From a virus, in the IMG/VR virus record IMGVR_UViG_3300046170_000299: DNA of 64,000 nucleotides. One strand, given 5' to 3'. The notes beneath the pieces are model-generated. The model saw nothing but the letters and a program-made list of their open reading frames with translations. It was not told the DNA's origin and did not search any database. Positions 58,343 to 64,000 of this stretch are shown in pieces; positions within the stretch are counted from its first letter, which is position 1; each line of letters starts with the position of its first letter. The position numbers and the translations under genes are program-made.

Positions 58343-58367
58343 GGTCAAATCGCAATTTTCAATTCCA

Positions 58368-58412
58368 TGAAAGTGGGAAAAAAATTCCCGATATTTTTCG
58401 TCTGAAAAAGTC
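58368..58412. repeat. A-tract-rich intergenic motif, copy 2
   Basis: TGAAAGTGGGAAAAAAATTCCCGATATTTTTCGTCTGAAAAAGTC. Confidence 0.55.
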
Positions 58413-58418
58413 GCTAAA

Positions 58419-58426
58419 TATAAATA
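58419..58426 (+). promoter_or_regulatory. T4 late promoter TATAAATA
   Basis: Exact consensus upstream of gp26. Confidence 0.8.
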
Positions 58427-58445
58427 TGACCTTGGAGTTAATATA

Positions 58446-59159
58446 ATGGCGTTGCCACAAGTTGTTCTCCCAACTTATGAGTTGGAAATTCCTTCTAATG
58501 GGAAAAAATTGAGATATCGTCCTTTTGTTGTAAAAGAAGAAAAGGTACTTCTAATAGCTTTAGAAACTCAGGATGAAAAAGAAATTGAAAAAGCTGTCAA
58601 ATTTCTCTTAAAGGGTTGTATTCAGTCAAGAATTAAACTTGAGGATTTAGCAATGTTTGATTTGGAATATATTTTCCTTCAAATTCGTGCTGTATCTGTT
58701 GGTGAAATTGTACAGATGAATGTAACTTGTAAAGATGATGAAAAAACGCAAGTTAAGTATAATCTGAATCTGACTGAGGTTAAGGTTAACAAACCAGAAG
58801 GACATGACTCTAAAATCATGCTAAATGATGAACTTGGTGTTATTATGAAGTATCCTTCTTGGACTGAATTCATTAGTGGATCTATTATGGGTCAAACTCC
58901 ATCTACAGATGGTATAGTTGAAATTATTGCTGAATGTATTGATCAGATCTTTGATAAAGAGGATGTATATGACAAATCTACTACTACTAAAAAAGAATTT
59001 GTCCAATTTGTAGAAGGATTGACCAATACTCAATTTGAAAAAATTCAAAAGTTTTTTGAGTCTACTCCTAGATTAGAACATACATTTACGGTTACAAATC
59101 CAGAGACAGGAGTTGAATCTGAGTTTTTAATTAATGGATTAACTAATTTTTTCGGATAG
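58446..59159 (+). CDS. gp26: Baseplate hub subunit
   Basis: YRPFVVKEEKVLL, FDLEYIFLQIRAVSVGE, GLTNFF. Confidence 0.92.
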   Translation: MALPQVVLPTYELEIPSNGKKLRYRPFVVKEEKVLLIALETQDEKEIEKAVKFLLKGCIQSRIKLEDLAMFDLEYIFLQIRAVSVGEIVQMNVTCKDDEKTQVKYNLNLTEVKVNKPEGHDSKIMLNDELGVIMKYPSWTEFISGSIMGQTPSTDGIVEIIAECIDQIFDKEDVYDKSTTTKKEFVQFVEGLTNTQFEKIQKFFESTPRLEHTFTVTNPETGVESEFLINGLTNFFG

Positions 59160-59338
59160 CCCTCTTCCATAACACGCTAGAGGGATACTACAAAACTAAC
59201 TTTGCTTTGATGCATCATCATAAATACTCTTTGACTGAGATTGAAAATATGATGCCATGGGAGAGACAGGTATATACTAGTCTCTTAATGCAACATCTAG
59301 ATAATGTCAAAAAAGCACAAGAAGCTAAGCAAAAATAA
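59156..59338 (+). CDS. gp51: Baseplate hub assembly catalyst (start uncertain; ATG at 59210)
   Basis: YYKTNFALMHHHKYSLTEIENMMPWERQVY. Confidence 0.85.
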   Translation: MALFHNTLEGYYKTNFALMHHHKYSLTEIENMMPWERQVYTSLLMQHLDNVKKAQEAKQK

Positions 59339-61900
59339 TGGCACACGGATTTTTATCATATCAAGATAGCAGAGGTAAATCTGGGATTGAGAGAGCTCTG
59401 GAGGATTATCTTGAGAAGAAATTTAAAGATCTAAAAGAACATTTATTCAGAGAACGTAAAAAAACAGACCAGAAAATTGATGAAGTTTCTGTAAAAGTAG
59501 AAGGACCTGCTGCTCTGGGAGCAGGACAACAACCTTTATTATCGGGTGGAAATCAAAAAGCAGTAGCAGCAGCACCTTTACAAAGAATGCTTGGTGGCAC
59601 TGCATTACAAAAATCAATTGCAGCAGGTCCTTCAGCAATAAATCCAGAGGTTTATGGTGGTGGATTAGCTAGGGGTGGATTTAATGGAAGACCACTAAAA
59701 TCAGAAGGATTTGTTTCTGATAGAATTGTAAATATCGGTTCTACAAATCTTGGTGTAGAAAGAGATATTGGCGGTGACGATATGTTCGTCAAACGCATGG
59801 AACCTGTTGGTGGAGATAGTGGAGAAGTAGTACAGGCAATTGATAGATTGACCATGGTCACCATGGGTCTAGTTGCTGCTACAAAACAACAAACACAAGT
59901 TCAACAACAGATTGCTCAAACACAGCAACAAGAAGCAGAAAAATTAGGAAGAAAATCACTAGCAGCTTCAGAAGAATTTGCTCTAGAACAAGGTGGAGAC
60001 TTCTCTAACAACGCTGCTTATATGGGTCTTGGAGCAAACGGCATGGCCTTGATGGGTGCTGGTGGTGGTGGATCACGTAGAGGTGGTGGTCCTGGCATGG
60101 GTTTTGGTGGCAAAGCAATGGCGGCGCGACTAGGAAGAACTGTGATGAAGAGAGGTGGCGCTAGAGCTGGAACAAGACTTGGCATTGCTCTGGGTGGTAG
60201 GATGAGCAAAGGTCTTGGAAAAGGTTTAGGAAAAAAATTAGGTGGAAAAGCAATTGGTAAACTTGCTGGTGGAGCACTTGCAAAGAGTTTAGGAAAGAAA
60301 ATTCCACTGGTAGGATTAGGACTAGGTGCTGTTTTTGCTGCTCAAAGAGCACTACAGGGTGATTTCCTTGGTGCTGGTTTAGGAATTAGCTTCTGGTGCA
60401 GCATCTACTATTCCTGGTGCTGGTACTGCTGCTTCTGTCGGTATTGATGCTGCTTTAGCTGCAAAAGATATGACATCCTTCTCAGAAGGTGGAATTCCTA
60501 CTGGAGACAATGTTGTTGCTTTACTTAATGATAGACCAGATAAAAAACGAGAGGCAGTATTGCCTCTAACTGATAAAACTTTCTTAGACTTTGGTGAAGG
60601 AATTTTAAATGCACAGAAAAAAAATAAAAATACGTTTGCTAAATTGCAAGCACAAGGAATGGCGCAATACTATGATAAGCAAAGTGGTTGGTCAGGGTTT
60701 ATCGATGGTTTCATAAAAGTCTTTAAACAGTTAACTGGTGGAATCAAGATTTTTGGTAAAAAACTCTTTAATTGGGGAAATGATGGAGATGATGATTCCT
60801 CATCAAATGATGGTATTAGTGGAGAAAAAGGAGATCCAAAAATAAAACTAGGTAGTTCCGAAGAAGCAAGAATTGCTGCTGCTCTAGTAACTGAAGGTGC
60901 TGGTGGAACTGCTTCTACTGATATTTTACAGGTTCTAGCAAATAGAATGGAAAGTGATAAATATGGAAACAAGTTATACTGACATTCTATCTGCAAGAGG
61001 TCAATTTGCTGGTGTATTTGATAGATATGGCGCAGGAAATGAAGAAAAAGCAATTTCTGAATTCAGAGGAATTAGTTCTATTGAAGATGCAGCTGCATTT
61101 GCAGGTGTTTCAGAGAAGGTAATTAAACAAAGAATTGCTGATATGAGAAATGCTGAATTAAGAAAGAGTTCCGCAGAACATGTTGGTGGAGCACTAGAGT
61201 TTAGAGCAGCTCCTGGTTACTATACGGCAGACGGAGGAGAACGTCTAGTTGAAGGTGAAATGGGATCTGATGGTAGATTCTATGGTTCTTCGTGGAGAGG
61301 TGGATCAGGTGACAACCAGTATTTGACAACTGCTGGTAAAGATCCAATGCTTTCTAGGTGGTGCGGCAAGTGTTGACTATGATGGAATGACAACTACTCC
61401 AGACGCAAAACCAGACCGAAAAACCAGACCCACCAGCTGGTGCTGACTGGACAAAATCATTGAATCTGGGTAACCAACCGTTTATTGATTTTGGTGATGA
61501 TAATCAGTTTCGTGCTGCCAAGAACGGTAATGGTGGGTATACTATCACGAAAAAAACAGGTTTTCTTGGTGCTAGGCAACGCATTGAAACTAAAGGTAAA
61601 AACCTTGACTTAAAACCTCTATTAATAGAGGCTGCTGCAAAAGAAGTAAGTTCCTTAAATCCAACAACAGATAATGACTCAAACAAACTTGCTACAACTG
61701 TTGATAATCCCGATGCATTAAATATAGCTTCTGTAGATGCTCAAACTGCTTCTGCAGGAGCAACTACAATTAACTACATCACCAACAACACATCTGGTGA
61801 TAAATCTTCTGGAGGAGGAGATGATGTAGCATTAGGAACTAACTTTGATGGTATGGGTCCTAATCCAATCTTTACTACTATGGCATTTAGAGCTGCCTAA
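59338..61900 (+). CDS. Tape-measure/baseplate-hub-like protein with embedded cell-wall hydrolase domain; about 4 apparent +1 frameshifts
   Basis: G/A-rich KKIPLVGLGLG segment; VTEG...VLANR...SARGQF hydrolase motif; frame breaks at ~60380, ~60975, ~61355, ~61420. Confidence 0.75.
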
Positions 61901-61903
61901 ACT

Positions 61904-63337
61904 ATGGAAAATTTTTCTTCACCAACTGATTTCGTACTTAAAAGTTTTAGAATTTTTAAGGGAGGAACTAATACAGATATTGAGATTAAAAAATTAGTTG
62001 CAAATTTTGAATATATTGAGTCTATTTTAAGTCCCTTTATAGTAGCTGGTGCTACTCTAGTTGATAGTGCTGGTTTACTTGGATCTCTTCCTATTAAAGG
62101 TGGAGAAAGGGTAATTATTGAAATGTTGACAAATATTAGTGAGGTTCCAATTCGATATGATATGGTTCTTTGGAGAGTCTCTGATCGTTTTGCTCAACAA
62201 CAGAAACAAGTATATAAAATTGGTTTAATATCTCCTGAAGCATTGGCGAATGAAATTACAAGAGTTAATGTTGTAATGGAAGGTAATCCTGAGGGGATTA
62301 TTAAAAAGATGATAAAACAACCAGAATATATTGGTAGTCAAAAAGAGTTTTTCTCAGAACCTTCTTTATTTGAAAATAAAATAATTCCTAATAATAAAAG
62401 ACCATTTGATCTTATTACACAACTAGCAGTTAAGAGTATTTCTCCTAAAGCTAAGTTTGAAACTAAGAATACATCAAACAATAATAAATCAGAACAACAA
62501 ATTAAAGGCAGTGGTGGATTTTTCTTTTGGGAAACACGTAGAGGATATAATTTCTTTGCAGTTGATTCTTTATGTGCTGATGATAAAAGTCCTCTAAAAT
62601 CTGATAGATTACAGGTAAAAGCATGGGGTGATGCACCAAATAAACCTTATACTGAAAGATTGGGAAATATTGGAGATGGTGCGGATGAAAGATTTACAAT
62701 TAAAAAATCTATCTTTGATTCTGAGGTTGATACTCTTGCATCTTTAAGAGTGGGAAAATATTCTTCTTTAATAGTATTCTTCAATCATTCAACAGGGCAA
62801 TATGAAGAGTATGTCTATAAAATTAAAGATAGTTATGATAACATGTCACATCTTGGAGGACAAGATTCTCTTTCTTTAATTCCTGTACAAAATGTAGAAT
62901 TATCTGATTACCCTAGTAGAATTATGTCAGTATACTTAGATCATGAATCTTGGTCTAATGAACTCGAACCTGCTTCACCAGAACCAAGAGATAAATCTAA
63001 ATCCCCAACAAAATTTGCTGATTGGCAAAAATATTATATGGCACAATCTATAGCAAGGTATAGGTTACTTACAAATCAGAAGTGTAGTATCGTAATACCT
63101 GGAAATGCTGAAATATGTGCAGGAGACAGAATTAATGTTAGACTAGTCAGTAAGCTACCAACTTCATTAGGAAAGGACGAACCTTTCGATTTGGAGAGTA
63201 GCGGACAATACTTGATTCAAGAAGTAACGCATTCTTTTGATCCTTTATCTGGATCAAATGGTACATTTTACACCACATTGCGCTTGATGAGAGACTCTTA
63301 TGGACAAAAGGATAAAGTGTCCTCACATAGTAAATAA
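61904..63337 (+). CDS. Baseplate hub/tail protein (gp27/late-control-D-like)
   Basis: YIESILSPF, FFFWETRRGYNF, IPGNAEICAGD, SGQYLIQEVTH. Confidence 0.75.
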   Translation: MENFSSPTDFVLKSFRIFKGGTNTDIEIKKLVANFEYIESILSPFIVAGATLVDSAGLLGSLPIKGGERVIIEMLTNISEVPIRYDMVLWRVSDRFAQQQKQVYKIGLISPEALANEITRVNVVMEGNPEGIIKKMIKQPEYIGSQKEFFSEPSLFENKIIPNNKRPFDLITQLAVKSISPKAKFETKNTSNNNKSEQQIKGSGGFFFWETRRGYNFFAVDSLCADDKSPLKSDRLQVKAWGDAPNKPYTERLGNIGDGADERFTIKKSIFDSEVDTLASLRVGKYSSLIVFFNHSTGQYEEYVYKIKDSYDNMSHLGGQDSLSLIPVQNVELSDYPSRIMSVYLDHESWSNELEPASPEPRDKSKSPTKFADWQKYYMAQSIARYRLLTNQKCSIVIPGNAEICAGDRINVRLVSKLPTSLGKDEPFDLESSGQYLIQEVTHSFDPLSGSNGTFYTTLRLMRDSYGQKDKVSSHSK

Positions 63338-63361
63338 ATAACTAAAGGAAACTACCTACTT

Positions 63362-63589
63362 ATGGACAGTATCGAACAGCATATCGAAAAGGACAAAGAG
63401 ATTCTTGAGAATCCTACTATTTCACCGCAACAACGTCGTCACATTGAAGGTGAACTGCATGAATTAGAAGAGTATGCAGAACATAATAAGAAAGATATTG
63501 AAGCAGGTGATCATCACGATCCTTCATATCTTGAACTTTATTGTGATCAAAACCCTTCTGAACCAGAATGTTTAGTATATGATGATTGA
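63362..63589 (+). CDS. cp12: Calvin-cycle inhibitor CP12
   Basis: C-terminal LELYCDQNPSEPECLVYDD; TAAATA upstream. Confidence 0.92.
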   Translation: MDSIEQHIEKDKEILENPTISPQQRRHIEGELHELEEYAEHNKKDIEAGDHHDPSYLELYCDQNPSEPECLVYDD

Positions 63590-64000
63590 ATATGGATGAC
63601 TCATTATCACGGTTAGTACCAGTAAATCAAATTGGATCCGATGGATACGCTTGGTGGATTGGACAAGTAGAAGGAACTGTAGATGACGATAAAAACAATA
63701 AAGGTGGATATCGTTATAAGGTAAGAATTGTAGGAGATCATCCTGGTAATAAGGATATTCTTCCTACTGCTGCTTTGCCATGGGCAACCGTGATGATGCC
63801 AGTTACAACACCATTCATGCCAGGTAATGTTGGTGGTGCAGCTTCTCAGTTAATTGAAGGTTGCTGGGTAACTGGATTTTATGTAGACGCAGACAAAGCA
63901 GAAACCTATTATCTTAGGTTCTATTGGTCAAACACCTGCAGCTACAAAGATTATTAATACGCCAGGACCAGAAAGAAAAGCATTTGTTACAGGAGAGAGT
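63586..64000 (+). CDS. gp5: Baseplate hub/tail lysozyme N-terminus (3' truncated; +1 frameshift at ~63897)
   Basis: WWIGQVE...RYKVRIVGDH...LPWATVMMP OB-fold; removing one A restores DKQKPIILGSIG. Confidence 0.9.

Noticed and set aside
337-61686. Numerous antisense or alternate-frame ORFs in the track (e.g. 1799-2338, 13488-13880, 29948-30637, 31319-31882, 43690-43986)
   Set aside because: Shadows of well-supported genes with no RBS, motif or independent promoter
4609-63589. mazG, talC, phoH, hli, psbA/D, petF, cp12 as novel genes
   Set aside because: Well-established cyanophage auxiliary genes; only their context is noted
32624-63960. Programmed frameshifting or pseudogenisation at about 11 sites (LamG gene, 38825, 39345, tape-measure-like gene, gp5)
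   Set aside because: Nearly all are single-base +1 insertions next to short homopolymers, lack slippery-site/pseudoknot context, and hit essential genes (gp5, hub); most consistent with sequencing error

Overview
This is a 64-kb segment of a T4-like marine cyanomyophage, most likely a Synechococcus/Prochlorococcus myovirus; host and species cannot be assigned from sequence alone. In order it carries: the end of the replication module (gp43 C-terminus, uvsX, gp41, mazG), with an MvaI/BcnI-family endonuclease plus N4/N6 methyltransferase inserted between uvsX and gp41; a late-promoter block of conserved hypotheticals (PD-(D/E)xK-like nuclease, KxDG ligase-like protein, HIGH nucleotidyltransferase, probable internal head proteins); gp61, nrdA, nrdB, pebS and pcyA; three tRNAs, talC, a glutaredoxin, an orphan Phd-like protein and a polytopic membrane protein; a manA/wcaG-like RNA; about 15 kb of fibre/adhesin genes including a subtilase fused to a cupredoxin; a convergent envelope-protein module; a photosynthesis island (hli x2, psbA, petF, psbD); an NtcA-box/tandem glutamine-II riboswitch/DUF4278 cassette with an ORF nested inside the second aptamer; thyX, phoH, exonuclease, gp33, gp32; and baseplate/tail genes (gp53, gp48, gp2, gp4, tail-tube-like, gp26, gp51, tape-measure-like, hub, cp12, gp5 start). 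About a dozen frameshifts, nearly all +1, are most simply explained as sequencing errors. Family calls come from motif recognition and synteny by eye; no database searches were run.
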